Shown here: one piece after another, positions 1 to 13,925 of the stretch
Layout of the letters: every line of letters begins with the position of its first letter
Position numbering within the stretch: position 1 is the first letter of the stretch
Source: Vicugna vicugna
Lineage: Eukaryota
Length of the DNA: 64,000 bases
Assembly (NCBI GenBank): GCA_013265495.1
Contig: MU058337.1
Span: 3,254,686 to 3,318,685 of the forward strand
Reading direction: 5' to 3'
Notes under the pieces: model-generated
The model's database searches: none
Seen by the model: only the letters and a program-made list of their open reading frames with translations
Told to the model about the DNA's origin: nothing
Position numbers and translations under genes: made by a program

Positions 1-44
1 ATTTACTATCTGACACTTTACAGAAAAAAGTGTGTCCGCTCCTG
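1..44. mobile_element. hAT-Charlie MER58-like terminal fragment (cut by window edge)
   Basis: atttactatctgacactttacagaaaaaagtgtgtccgctcctg resembles the MER58 end as recalled (atttactatctggccctttacagaaaaagtttgccgacccctg). Confidence 0.65.
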
Positions 45-3000
45 AGAGATGATATCAGATTAACTACATTAAAATGCCTTGCTTTGGGAATATCATCATA
101 TCCTAGCTTTTAAGAATTTCTCTTTATGAAATCATCATTTTCATAATGACTTATGAGAAAAAATACAGCACTACAAGTTGTGCATATTTTCCAATTAGTT
201 TTCCACTCTGACTTAAAATTTAGCTATAAACTTTACAGTTTTTTACAAAATTGAAAAACATCAGGTATCACCTGTATGTTGCATGTGTTTTATAGTGAAA
301 CAGCTGTTTAGGATTAGCTATGATTTCATATTTTCCTAAAAAGCAGCTGAGAAACATCTTGTCTTACACTACGGCCATAATAGCTAATTATTACCTCAAT
401 CTGCTTGGATAAATAAGCAATATTGAAACAATGACTGTAGCATGCCACCCGATTTTTAAATGTTTAAATTCTCTAAATGGTGAATTTTTGTACATTTGTG
501 AAAGAAATATTATGTGATAATCAACACAGAGGCAATATAGATATTGCAAAATTTACTATAGAAATATGAGTCAAACTGAGTGCCGGGTGACTGTACTAAA
601 ATGAAGATTTACAGAATACATGCATCTATTCTCAAAACAAGATGCTTCAGTGACAAAGAAATTACTAAACTAATCTTCTTCCAAAATATGTTCATTTTTC
701 TACTCTATCCCTACCCCGTGCAAAATTTAGCTCAATCAAAACAAGATAATTACTTAATTATCTACTGGAAGAAGATATGGACATACTACAGTTACTTAAA
801 ATTAAAACTCAGAAATTCTATTTAATTTGGTGGCTCAACATAGCTCTTCTTACCTTTAATAACACTACCTAGTATTATACATAAGTAGATAAAAATATTA
901 AACTACATATTCCAAATAAAATTGACTTTTAGTAAACACGTAAATTTGAAGGCTGAACTAACCTGGCAAACTATTCCTTGTGGGCATTTATATCCTCATT
1001 CAATAGAGGGATTTTACAGAAACATTTGTGATTCTTCTAAAAACAATTAGGCTAAAGTTAATTTAAATTAGTAGACATTTGAGCACTAAAACGTTAATTT
1101 TGAAATTTAGTTCTTCACTTATTTTACCTTACTTCAACTATCTTGTCATATTGAGAGAAATGAAGTTGGTAACCACTTAGGAAAATCAACTCTTGGTAGA
1201 AATACAGTAACTTCAAAAGGCTAAAATTCAATTTCTATCCAAAGTAAGGATTATCTCATTTGATAATGGAAAGAGCATGTTTTGCAAGTGTGAGTGTAAA
1301 TCTTGACTTGCATATAACAACTTTATAATGCAGAGGAAAGGTGAACGGGTTGAATATTTTTACCCATTGGATATTTAGTCCTGTTGTTCACATAGGTGGG
1401 AAATGATAGATGCAACTGATTCTGAGTTCTCTTTTCTCCTGATTTTTTAAATTACGATTTTTCATTTCAAACTGGTCTGATTTCTCTTTTCTCAGAAGCA
1501 AGTGTTAAATCAACACTTTTTATTCTTGCATATGATTAACTATATTGTTTTCAGCCCTATATAATTTGTACTAATGCATGCTTAGTAAGGCTAATATATT
1601 TTCCTGAATAAAGGAATGAGCATCTAAAGTATTCTGTTCAATCAATAACTTTTAAAATAGAATTTATATCAGTAACAAAAGATGTCTTACCACTTAAGTT
1701 CGATGGCAAGGAGATATAATTTTCACGTGCATTAACTTTACTTAATTGTTTAACAAAAAAACTCAAAGAAGGCAAATTTTATTTTAAATTACTAAGTAAC
1801 AAGCAGTATATTTTCTCATGAGATATTATAAAAGTTAATTTTTTTTTTAGTTCTAGTAATGTCAAGATTTTTTTAGAAGAAAATTTCCTTTAAATAATAG
1901 TTTTCCAAAGGACATTCACCCTGCCATGAAGTTTTTCCTCTTGAACCATTCACTTAAGGGTTGTACCTTAGTCTAGGCACACACATGATTTCCTTGCCAA
2001 CAAGGAGAAGTGGTCCATTGCATCTCCAAGGTAGCCAGGCCATTGCAGTGAAGAATCCATCTGCAAAAAGGTTGGTGTGTGGCTTATTTGCTCTGTATAC
2101 CAAGGGACAGAAGATTTCAATAGTATCCTGCATTTTGGAAGTTTAGATGCCAGATGCCATGTATTACAGGCAGTGAAATTTTTGAACACGATTCTGTCAT
2201 AAAGACCCAATTCACTGTAGTTATTAGTGGAAATGCTGTAACAAATCAGATGCACTGTTTATTAACAATAATTATATAATTATATTGAGAAGGCTGGACT
2301 ATAACCTGGCAGTAGTCACGTGGGAGAAGAAAAGTGAACAACAACAAAAAGCAATCGTAGTATATGGAACACTGTGTTTAATAAATGGAGGCTGGCAAAC
2401 AACTGGGATATTATAATATGATAGTTCCTGATTATGTGTATCTATATGTATGAATCAAGAATTGTAATCAACTTGCATTTCTTGCTTAACATCTTTTTTG
2501 ACAATGACTTTCAAACAGTCTTACCCTCATGCTCCTGCACATCACCTCTAGAGTCTCTGGGAAGGGGATGGAGTAATTTAAAAAATGACAACTTTCAATG
2601 CATATACAGAATTTCTATAAAATCAAAACATTGGTAGTTGAGTGGGCCAAAATCTCATTTATTTACATCAATAAAATATGCACCTCAGGACAAATGGTCT
2701 CAGTTGAGTCATGTATTGCATTTTCCACTGTTTTTAGAAGGAATGAGTAATGACAGTGAAAAGGCTTAGGTTCGTTAAAGAAAAACAAATTTAATGTACT
2801 GGAGTCCTTTATTTAGAAGGAGTCTGTGATGCGAGTTGACAGTTGCTTTGTTTAGACAAGTGTCATGGTTTTATTTCACTGACCACATGCTCTAAAGTCA
2901 AATAGGGCAATCATTCTATCAGCATCCAGCTTGGACATCCAACATCAATAGGAAAACAATGGCTTCAAACTAAGGAACCAAACTATTCAAAATCAAATAA

Positions 3001-4915
3001 TTACATTTTTTTCAATGGCAATATTTTAGATAATTTGACCCATATGGGTCTAGATCATCAATGGCTTGTTGAGGTGAAATTTAACTCCAGATACCCATTC
3101 CAGAATTTTTAGGAAAATATTTTAAACTAAACAGAGATTTATTGTTAATTAACTAATAAAAGCTAAATATGCTACTTTGAAGTTTATAATGTAAATAATA
3201 GTCTATTGAATATTTGCTTTTGAACAAATATGTGCTACTTTGTCAGAAAGAACAGAAGATGGACTCAGATATTTCCTGCCTCCAATAAGGCTGACACCAA
3301 TTGTTCTCAAATTGCTCTAACACCTAGTAAACATCAAAAGTAAAGAGACCGGCAGTAGCATAGAAAGTCCACATTCAGGGCAGGATGGTCTTCAAAATTC
3401 TCACTGTTACTATTTGACTGAATTACTGTAATTTGCAGATAGGATTCATCTAACAGGAAACACAGATTTGAGGGGAAATGCACTAATAATATGAAATTTG
3501 GAGCAGGTATTTATCTTTGGTGATTAAAGTAAATAACATTTATGAATTAGTCTAAGCTGTGAATCCACATTAAGTTTTTATTAGTGATTTCTGAGATTTT
3601 GCTTTCTAGAGGAAATCCTTATTTTTATTAGGGACGCTTTATAGACTCAACCACGTTCAGCGTATTAGAAACCACCATTTCTTCTTCACAGCTTACATTC
3701 TTTGACGAAGGTTTAAATGGATGATAATCTTCTTACTGCGTTTATCAAGACATAAAGTTGATCCACAGAACTGAGGTAATTGTTCACATGATTTCAGCTG
3801 AAAAATTATCTAAAATACGGAACCAAAGTTTTTCATTTAGTTATATTATTCAGACACTCTCTTTCGTTATTTGGTCTGCTTTTACATGCAATAAAATTTT
3901 CTGCCACCAAAGATCAAGCAAGTTAAACGTCGGACCCTACGATCTCTAACTAGCCTTACCACAAAACATAATCATTAGTTAAAAAAACAAAAGCAAATTC
4001 TACAAGAAACTTCTGAAGACTGTACAAATAGCTGATATTAAGAAAAGGAGATAATTCAATCTAAGTGCCCTCTGGCTCTTTTCAAAAATAATTTGTTTAC
4101 TCTGTTTTGTGAAAAATACAACATGAAGTATTGAATATTGACTAAACCTACAGTTAATGTAAAATCTGTTTTCCAAACCCATGACAGATGGTTTGATGTA
4201 AATTAAAGTCATCACTCTCCCATTTGGAATTTGCAGAAAATGCATACATTTGAAGGTACATTAGTTCCAAACTATTTATTTTAAAACCATCACACATTAA
4301 GAAAAATCAGCTGATTTAGTAGCACATATATTGTCTACTAGATAACGTAAAATTGAAGTATAGAAAAATGCCTGTACTGTGTAAGAGTATTGTACATATT
4401 ATAGCCTTTCTGAATATATAGTGAGTATTGTATTGAATATACAAGAGAGTCCTGTCAATGCAGTTTAAAAGAGTTAGTAGTCCAAGAGGTGAGGTGTTTG
4501 TACCTAATTATTCCAGTAGATGATGAAAAGACAAAGTGCAAGTCACTAGGGGTCATTGGTGCTCAACTGTTTACCTGAAAACCTGGACTTGGAAAGCAGT
4601 GATTTCTGAGTTTCTTTAACATTATATGATCTTGCCATTCACATTATTTAACTTTCTGGGATTACGTAATTGGGGTTTAGGTACAAACTTTGGACCATCT
4701 TAGGTGCACAACTGAAAGTGTGAAAAGGGTATAACTGGCAGGTTTGAGGTTCTCTAGCTGGAACCCATCCTCAAAGTGGATTCCACTTCCGAGACAGCAA
4801 ACTGCCTTTCTCTAAAACAGCCATGATGGTTTGCATTTAAAATTGATCAGTAAAGGGAAACACTAAAGGATTAATCACCCAAAGAGTCATATACGTCAGG
4901 ACAATGTCTTCTTCA

Positions 4916-5525
4916 CAGGGACAGATTTACAGTAAACTACTTCCTTAAAGTCCTGGGAAGGGGGTTCATAAAGTGTTCACATGGTTTTGCATTTTTGTAA
5001 AATTTGAAAAATTAAATTATTTTGACTATGATTCTTGAAGATCACTGTCTCTTTCTACCCTGATTTTCCCTCACTACAACACTCCTTCTTTTATTTGACC
5101 GTAAAGAAGCTACTGCAGTTCGCAAGATGCAAATGCGGGGTGTTGGTTTGGGAATTCTTTTCATTTGGATTTAGTCATTCAGGTTTATCTTCTGCTTTGG
5201 CATCACTGCCATGGTAAGTGTGTGTGGGCTGACCAACGAAAAAGGAAAGACTTTCAGGAAAACATCCACTGTCCTATGTGCTGACCTGTTCAGTCTGAAG
5301 ATTCCAAAAGAAGGCTGGAAGACTTATCACATGATGAACAGGTACCACAACCTTGACATCAAATCTCTTATGTCAGCCCTCAGCCCTGTTAAGAGAAGTG
5401 TAGCCGCAAAGGCATGGAAGATGTGAAGGCTAGTCAGTCTTCCAGTCACTAGAAATGCGAAATTGTGAGCAGAAGATTCAGTTTCACTGACAGTCAAAAT
5501 GGAAATCCAGCTCCTCCTCCTAAGA
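4916..5525. mobile_element. hAT-Tip100 DNA transposon remnant (MER115/Zaphod-like)
   Basis: Starts cagggacagatttac; contains gtgttcacatggttttgcatttttgtaaaattt, ctgtctctttc and agtcaaaatggaa blocks matching the recalled consensus. Confidence 0.55.
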
Positions 5526-6557
5526 ACACACACACGTATGTGTGTGTCCACATGTGTGTATGTTTATGCATATATATGTATTTTAATATATGTATCATAT
5601 TAATTATAAAAGGAACCTAGAGCTTCTTTCACGCTGGGAGTTGCTTGGGACAGCACTGATGAGCATCCCTGGGTTTACAGGGCAAAGCGCTGGAGTGCCT
5701 GTGCGGGCAGCTCCAGGTTTTACACATCCCACCCTAGCAAATCGTATCTTAGTGTATCTGATGCATTTTGCCCCGATGAAATGCAGCAGTTCCAGACAAA
5801 ATGGGACACAAAATTGCTACCAACTCAGCAAACAAAGGAAAGAAACCAGTAACTACAGTAACAGAGGGCCTACCTGTGTTAACCAATGTAGGATAAGACT
5901 AATTTGATTACATAGTAATGTAACTCAACGTACAGAGCAGAGATTTAAAACATGTCAGAATGGCTCTTGTGTATGCCTCATTTTCAGTTTACTTTTACGC
6001 ATTTTTTTCAGAATAGTAATCAAACCAGTAACTGAAAAAATATATCACAAAGTTACATCAGGCAACTAATTAATCAAGATAGTTTGCATTCTTTTTTTCT
6101 TTTTAGATGTGGTTATGTCTGTGGTATTTTCTAGCCTTTTTCTTAACTTATGTTAAGTCAGCAATAATTTGCCAAAATTATCTTGTTAATTGTGTTTGTG
6201 ACATTTGGCCATGACAAATACTTTACACTGTATTTCACCAAAGGTGAACTGTATTTTTGTCTGTCTTTCTACGATAAGGAAGCCTTTGCCATTCTAAAAC
6301 TAAGACAAAGGTATACTAGTATCGGTATCTATTGGCTCTGATTTTAAGTTTTAGATATAATTTTTAAATCTATCAAGTATTTGTAATTTAACTTAGTTTT
6401 ACAAAAATAATACATATTATCATTTGTGTTATTGTAATATTGTGATATTATTTGTGTTATCAAATGGTTAGTATAGATGAAAGTCCCATTTGACCCTCAC
6501 CCCTAAATCCATCGGGTAAGCATTAAGTTGAGTAAGGCAAGAATTTATCCAGTTGTG

Positions 6558-7242
6558 TGTGATGAGGGAAAGACAGCCAGGATGGTTTATAGATACAAAG
6601 TGAGGTCATCCCATAAACCAACAGGAGTGCAAAGATCTCTGTTACCTTATCTTAGTTGCAAAAACAAAACAGCAAATAATTCAACAGAACTGAAGACTGC
6701 TTTATATTCTTAGGGCCACCCCACGGAGGAAAGTCAGAGCAGTGGGAGCTTAGCCACGCAGAGCCTAACTCTCACTACAAGTGGAAACACACCCACTTTG
6801 CCACAGAATGCCTACCTCATGCTGATGGAAGTTGTTTCCCATCAAGAGGAAAATAGCCCCAAATCCAAAAAATAGTCATTAGAGGTGGGGCTCCATCATG
6901 AGTTATTTGAGGAGACCGGGCCTTTTATGTATGTATGTATGTATGTATGTATTTATTTACATAGGAAAGGAATCAAGTCATAAATGTCATTTACAGGGTG
7001 ACACTCGGGAGGTTTTGGTTATATTTTTGGACACACACAGTGCCAATATAGTGTTCCTCCCACTGGACTTAATCAAAGTCAATACAGATAATAAATTAAG
7101 TAGTTGCACATCTACCCTGTCACCTTTTCCACTGGCTTGGCATCACTGCCTGGAAGGGTCCTTGGACGAGGAGAGACCTGAAGCCCATTCCTGAGTCCCT
7201 GCGGAACTTAGCCCAGTCCTTAAGGAACCAGAGCCACTCACA
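6558..7242. mobile_element. Probable old solo LTR, family unassigned
   Basis: About 685-bp GC-richer block with inverted termini TGTGA...TCACA, set in AT-rich L1-like sequence; no TSD seen. Confidence 0.4.
6926..6952. repeat. (TATG)n microsatellite
   Basis: Direct read of tandem TATG units. Confidence 0.95.
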
Positions 7243-7259
7243 CTGGACACTTATAATTT

Positions 7260-8340
7260 TAAAATTATGTTAGTTATTCCCTCTTCATGCTTCTGTCCCT
7301 CTCTATGTGTTATTGTGCTTGTGGTAGTTTCTAATTTATTAGACTTCTTAATAAATATTTTAGGTTTCATTCATCAGTGCTAAATTGTTGGTGATGGATT
7401 TTTGTAAATTCTATATATTTCTTATCAATGTTTTTCTTTTTTTAGATTAATCTTGATTTTTAGTTTTATTTTGTTTTGTGTTCTTTTTTTTTTGTTCTAG
7501 CTTCCTGAGCTAAAAACTTGCATTTATTTAAAAATGTTTATACTTAACAGTAAATGCATTTAAAGTAAAACTCTTTTAAGTATTGTTTTATCTATGTTTA
7601 CATTTTTAGTCTTGTCGTTCAATTCAAGTTATTTTTAAAGTTTTAGTTTGTTTCTTCTCAGTCCTCTCAATTGTATGACAAATATTTTTTTAATTTCTAA
7701 GTGTAATTTGTTGTTACTTTCAAATTTTATTAAACTGAGGTCAATAATTATGGTTTTAATAATATAAAATGTAAGAAATTTCCTGAAGTTTCCCTTGTGA
7801 TTTAGTGCACAGTTATTTTTATAACAGTACATTGTATGTATTTATTATTTTAAAAATAGATTTATACATATCTATCATTTAGATCAAGCTTGTTAATTGT
7901 TTTATTTTAGAGTTATTTATTTTCTGTCTAGGGAACTTTCCATTTTCTTGGAAAGTATATTAAACATTTCTAAACAGTGTTAGGCATTTGCCAATATCCC
8001 TGATAGTTTTATTAGTCTTTTGCCTTAAATATTTGGAGGTTCTTAATTGTTTGAGCAAAAAAAAAAAAAAGAAAGAATAAAACCACCTCTTTTCTTTTGC
8101 AATGGTTTTGACTTAAATTTCATTATGTCTCATAGTAAAATTGCTATGTAGCATTTTAATTCATTTTTTCTGGTCTATTTACATATAGCCACTTATTTTC
8201 AGTTATTTTCTTTGGTAAGATTTAGCTCAAATTTTAGACAGAACAATCTTTTAAATCTATCCTGACATAGTTATTATTTTGCTTTTTATTTTTGTTTTAT
8301 GTCATTGATACATAAATGTCCATTTTAACTACCTAAAAAT
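7260..8340 (-). mobile_element. Old L1 (L1M-type) antisense ORF2 remnant
   Basis: T-rich degenerate sequence with typical antisense L1 blocks (ttctagcttcctgag, aatgcatttaaag, tcaagcttgttaattg). Confidence 0.6.
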
Positions 8341-8379
8341 TGAAGTGCATTTCTTCCTTATGCAGTGATTCAAGAGTAC

Positions 8380-8640
8380 CCCGAGCATCGGTTGGCTCTA
8401 TTCACTCTAGAAGCCAAGGCTTATCCCTCTAGTGGCCCCCAAATTCCCAAAGACATTCGAAGTCCTCTGCATCCAGGAAAAAGAAGTGAAAGGAGAGTGG
8501 AAAAGCATCGCCATGTCTTTATATCTTGGCCTGGCATTGACCCCCATCATCTCTGCCCACACTTTGCTGGGAAGACTTTTCACTTGCTCTGTGACCACAG
8601 ATACCAGGGAAAGTGGGCAAAGTTTCGGGACGGAAACTGC
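8380..8640 (-). mobile_element. ERVL-MaLR MLT1-type LTR fragment
   Basis: catcatctctgcccacactttgctgggaagacttttcacttg...gggaaagtgggcaaagt resembles the reverse MLT1 motif catcacttctgctcacattccattggcc...ggctgggaaatgt. Confidence 0.55.
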
Positions 8641-8728
8641 CTCCTAGTGACACCTTCACACTATCGAGAAAATCTGAATTTGGTGGATATTCAGCAGTCC
8701 CTGCTACATCATGTTTTCTCTTTGGGAA

Positions 8729-9376
8729 TGTTACAAAACCAAATCTGGGTTCACCTGCCTGATGCTCAGCGAAGCTAATCTACTGACATGGGGTTGTGTG
8801 AAGGGAAGTACAGTGTTTATTTCAGGGTGTCAAGCAAGGAGAATGGGCAGCTAATGCTCAAAAGACCCAAACTTCCCAATGGCTTTCAGGGGAAGGTTTT
8901 TAAAGACAGCATGAGAGAGAGGGTCACAGGGCATGTCATCAGCTTGTGTATAATTTTCTGGTTCATAGATAGTGAAGTAACAGAATGATGTTTCAGGAAA
9001 CTCAATAATCAAGATGTCTGGTTCCAACCAGTCTGGGGTTTCCATGCTAGTGGTCAGCATACAGTTAATTTCCACCTGGTGGGGGCTTTAGTAACTGCAA
9101 AAGAACTCAAAGATCTGGCTAAGGATATTATCTATAGCCCTTGGGGAGGAACTAAAGGTCCTTGACTTTGTTTTATGGCTAAGCTATTCTTATTTTGTCT
9201 TGCTTGTCTGCTTCTCTTTGTTTCTGTATTTTTCTCACTTTGATTAAATTTGCTCTTTGGAATTCAAGGAAGGCCTAGAAGGCTAAAGCTTTTCTACAAA
9301 CAGGAGGCAGGAGACACTGGGGTGGGGGTGGGGAGATTTTACCTGAGGAGGCCCTGCTGGGTCTTGCTCAGTTTCA
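8729..9376 (-). mobile_element. Complete ERV1-class solo LTR (MER4-group-like), 648 bp
   Basis: TG...CA termini; perfect 4-bp TSD GGAA (8725-8728, 9377-9380); minus-strand TATA-like TTTAAAAA (8897-8904) and AATAAA (8816-8821) in LTR order. Confidence 0.88.
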
Positions 9377-9789
9377 GGAAATGATGCTAATTGTTGAATA
9401 ACTCAGATATTTTCATACATCCTGTAAATATGTAAGATACATTTTCAAAGGTCTATTCTATTTCAATATTGTACTGATTTCTGTACTAGTTTTGTAAGTG
9501 TTTATTATTTATAAATTTATAATATATTTTGATGTCTGATAGGACCTGGTTCTTCTGCTTTTTGAGATATACTTTAATTATTCTTTGCTTTTAAATTGTT
9601 CCTTCAAGAAAATTTATCTCACTTTCCCTTGTGCACAACTTCTTGTACCATTTATAGTAAATTTGGGGGAAAAATAAATTAGTTAAACTTTCCATACTCA
9701 AGTTGCCTAAACTTTTGGACCTTATTTGAATTAGGCTAATTCTTTCTAAATCTCATGAAAAAGGACTCTTATTAAGATTACCGTTGAAA

Positions 9790-10070
9790 TTCCTGTCGTG
9801 AAATGCACTAATCCATTTACTGTTCTCATGTTTGACATATGTGATTATCCTTTCCTCCTGGAAATATTTATTTCTTTACTTCCTTGGCAGCAAACCCCAC
9901 TTCACTTATTTTCATTCTAACTACCTGGCCACTTCAGCCAACTTTGCAGTGGCTTCCTTTGTTTCTTGAATTTTTCCCCTTTCAGTGGCTCAAGTTTCAA
10001 TTCTTGGCCTCATTTTTACTTAAAATTCTTTCTCATGACCCCTCAATCAGATTCACAGGGCTTTATTAAT
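9790..10070 (+). mobile_element. L2 fragment
   Basis: Pyrimidine-rich L2-like blocks (tttgacatatgtgattatcctttcctcctggaaat, ctacctggccacttc). Confidence 0.5.
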
Positions 10071-10799
10071 TATAAGGTTGCAGGCCTATAATGTTATGCA
10101 TATAAACAAATCATCTGGAAACTATTTCTATATCCCATAAAAGCTACATGTAAATATTTTTCTTTATTGCATTAGTACTGTGGCTACAACTTATAGAAAA
10201 TTATGTTTGACAAGGATTCTCCATGAGTTGTTTAATATATGTACGTATATAGGTGCATATATATACTTTACTCTTTTGATAAAAATGGTTTACATTCATT
10301 ATAAATAAAGAAATATTATAATACATAAAGAATGAAGTAAAAATTACTCAGTATAACCACTGTTAACATATTCTAAACATCATTATAGATATAGGACACA
10401 CAGAGAGACTGTGGGCAAAAGAGAACAAGACCTTTTACACTTCTGCATGGGAATTTGGATTTTGATTAACTTCCTAGTTTTGTTTTTCCTTCTGACCTGA
10501 TAATATGGATTATGTCAACCATGGTACTAGGCAACTTACTTAGGGTGGAAGGGTGATAAAGAACTAAAAATAAAATATAATACTTGATGATGGTGGGGCT
10601 ACAGCTTCCTTGAGTTTGATGGAAGGAATAATTGGACATAATCCTTGAGGGAATGTTAGAAACTATGCCTATGGGATTGTTGTAAGTAGGACTGGATCCT
10701 CTGGGGCTCCTACGAAATCCTTCCCAGGAACATTCCACTGACCCAACCTACTGGCCTAAGTCACTCTTTTCCTTCATACTCTGATGCATAAAAGTGGTT

Positions 10800-11590
10800 T
10801 GCACCAGTAGTCTCCATTCTCACTTTCTGTGTATGCCTCATCTTATCATTGGAAATCAGTTTACATGTAAATTGCTGTGTGGAGAGTGGCCAGTCACTTC
10901 TGTCTCCCTTGCATCTCTCTGCCCATCCTCATGGAGGTGTCTGCAACATATGATACCATTTGATACCATTTAATCTTTGAGCTTCTCCGCCTTCACCATC
11001 CTCCTCTGTGGGGATTCTCTTCTCATTCAGACCCATTCTTTTCAGCTCTTCTCACTTCTCTCTTTCCCTTCTTCCCACTAAATGTAAGCATTATACAAAA
11101 CAATATCCTATTTCCAGTTTTACTCAGTTTTGTGATTTCAGTGATCACCTCAATTTTAAGCCTGTCAGTCTTTCATGGGAATATTCTAACATTTTTCAAC
11201 AGCTTGGATGTGTAAATATAAACTCATCTTTCCTCCAAAACCAGCAATCCCTTTTGATACTCAAAGTCTATTCACAATGCTTCCATTTTCCCCTCACTTG
11301 GGCTCAAAATATTAGTGGTACGTGGTGGCAGCCTTCTCTTTTCTCCCACCCTTATCTAAGTAAGTGAAACAGGAGACTCTGTTACCTTTGAATTATACTG
11401 GACTCACTTTTTCTCTCTTGATTTTTATCATTACTAAGGCCACAAACTCATTATTTCTCATATACACTATCCCAATAACCTAAAGTTCATTCCAAAAATG
11501 ACAATAATAATAGAATCTTGAAGCTACCCACTATCCACTGCTAAAAATATCTATGGCCTACTGAAATAAACATCATTTCTTTAATCTGCT
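10800..11590 (+). mobile_element. L2 fragments
   Basis: L2-like blocks (aactcatctttcctccaaaacc, cacttgggctcaaaat, ccttctctttctcccacc) and a 3'-end-like segment near 10.85-10.95 kb. Confidence 0.5.
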
Positions 11591-11608
11591 ATTAAAAGAG
11601 TTTAAACC

Positions 11609-11916
11609 AAGGATCACAAATGCAGGCTCTTTCCCAGGGTGAGGGAGGTTGGGGAAATGCTGAAATGTACCCAATGTCGGGCACACTCTCCATGTAAAGG
11701 AAGCAGCTGCTACTCAGCTCAGCATGATGTTGCCATGTGGAAATGCAGTTCATTGATCCAAGATCTTCAGTTTATCAAACTTGGGGAATGTGACAAATCT
11801 AGTTTGATATATTTAGTCTTTGTTTTTTTTTTTTTAAACTATGTGTTTGAGTCAAGCAATAAAGTGTTTATTAGCCAGATCAGGTCTACGGTCAATTGTC
11901 CAAGGTTGATCTCTGC
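11609..11916 (-). mobile_element. hAT-Charlie MER102-like element
   Basis: aaaggaagcagctgctactcagctcagc...gttgccatgtggaaatgcag and terminal gatctctg match the recalled MER102 in reverse. Confidence 0.7.
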
Positions 11917-12244
11917 TTAACTGCCCTTGCCCCAAACTTTTTTCCCTGTCATTTTATATAACATGGATTTCAAAGACATTAACTCACTATGTGTACAATT
12001 TGCATTATTAATTTTCACTTTCAGACCAGTTTTCTCCACTATAACTCCCATCAACATCTCCAGCTTGTATCAAAGCACCACTTGAAGTGAATGTGGCTTT
12101 ATCCTTTTATGGTATGTATACTTCCTATGATCCATCTTCCTTTGATTTCTTTCTATATAACATCAAAGAAACAAATGATTAGGAATGAAAGAAAAGCTTT
12201 TTTTCAATAGTTTCAGGCAACTAAACAATTTTTAATTTCTCTCT

Positions 12245-12985
12245 GACTCAATGGAGTAGCACTGTTCCCTGGGGAACACTGTGGAAATTAGTGGAGATGA
12301 TCTTGTTTGTCAACACAGCTTTGGTGGCTGAGGTTTGCTGTCATTTACTGGATGTAGTCAAGGGACACCAGTTATTCTGTAATACATGTGCCAGTTCTGC
12401 CCATGTAATTGTTCCTCTGTCCGTCCTGTCTTGCTAAAATCCTATTAGACATTTATGTTGGCTAAAAACTTGTTTAAATCATTTGAGCCTATAACTTAAC
12501 ACTGTTTCACAGAGAAACCAAAGTCTTTTTGCATGATTTGAATAAACATTTTTTTAAATATAACTACTATGTAAATTGAAGGGATATTTTACTTTGCTTT
12601 ATTTGGATCTTTTACCAAGATTGTCACCACTTTGGAAAATTACATCAGTGGAAGCTGTTTAAAGTATTTGAGTTGCCGTTAAAATACATGTGTATCATTC
12701 TGTGTTTTTAGCTGCTATGTTCATCTTGAGTCTATATGGATTTGTAAACATCTGATAACTTTATTATGTTTTAGAATCATCACACCTGAGCATGTTCATA
12801 TCAAAATACATATTACTGTATTCTAAATTAATCGACCTAGTTTCTCCTTTATATCACAAAGCGTTATTGATTTTGTTTTAAAATTTTCTGAAAATGTAAG
12901 ATATTATCTACATTTTTTTTTAAAAAAGGGGCCATCACAAAATAATTTTTGTTGTAATAAAAAGGAGTGCCTGGGACCCTCTCCT
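12245..12985 (+). mobile_element. hAT-Charlie MER20B, near full length
   Basis: Colinear match to the recalled MER20B (tgagcctataacttaac, tgtaaattgaagg, tttaccaaga, gtatttgagttgcc, catctgataacttt, aaaaagggg). Confidence 0.75.
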
Positions 12986-13925
12986 CCATGGTAAGCATGG
13001 TCCTAAGCGGGCTTTGACTCCCTCGGTAACTTTGTGATGGTGGAGACATCCAAGAGGGTTGAGATTAGATGCGCAATTTAAACTGGAGTAACGCTTCAGG
13101 TCAATTTCATCATGTTTAATGATGTGAGAAATAAAGGAAAGTAGAGAATTTAGTTCCCCTGCATCCTTGTAACCTGTCAAATGAGACTGGGTTAAAAGTC
13201 TGCCAGATGTCTTCCAGGAAACTCGAGATTTGTTTTTGCCTTAGCAATTAATTATCTCATGCTTTTTGTAAATGGTGAATTACTTATCTCCACTAAATTG
13301 CAGAATCGTTGATCATAGTAAATCGCTTATTCATTTTTTAACATACCCATTTCCTAACACATAATAAATGATAACCCTTCTAATTACAAGCAACAGAAAC
13401 AAAATCAAACATGAGAAATAACTGTGGCATGGGCCATCTTTACTGGATGGGCATTGTTGACCCTCATATAATTAAAGAAAATCTGAACAATCCAGTCTCA
13501 GGGAAACTACAGACCAGAGCAGCACCAACCTGGTTATCAACTGGAACGTCTTATTTTTTCAGACTAGATGTTATTCTTATTGGGTAATAAGATATTATAA
13601 TTCGAAATTGTTGTCTTAAACAGAAAAGTAATTAAAACCTTAAATAGTTAAGTGATTGAAAGTTTACATTAAAATGGAACAGTGCAAATTATGGTAACTT
13701 TTAATTTTGAACAGATAATTCAAATTTAAATCTACAGAGTTTCATTTTAATATGAAACTTCATGTCCCATTGGATAAAACACAGAATAAAATTTCTAATA
13801 TTTAAAGAGTCATTGGGCAAACTGTTTACAACCAATGTTAAAGTAAACTTTGTCAAGAATTGTGAAAGATGTGCGATTCCACCATTTTGAAAGCTGACAA
13901 TTTTAGCCAGCCACGTTTTCATGAG

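Noticed and set aside
8365..8778. 137-aa ORF preceded by an acceptor-like tatgcag
   Set aside because: Overlaps an antisense MLT1-like fragment and runs into the ERV1 LTR; no recognisable protein
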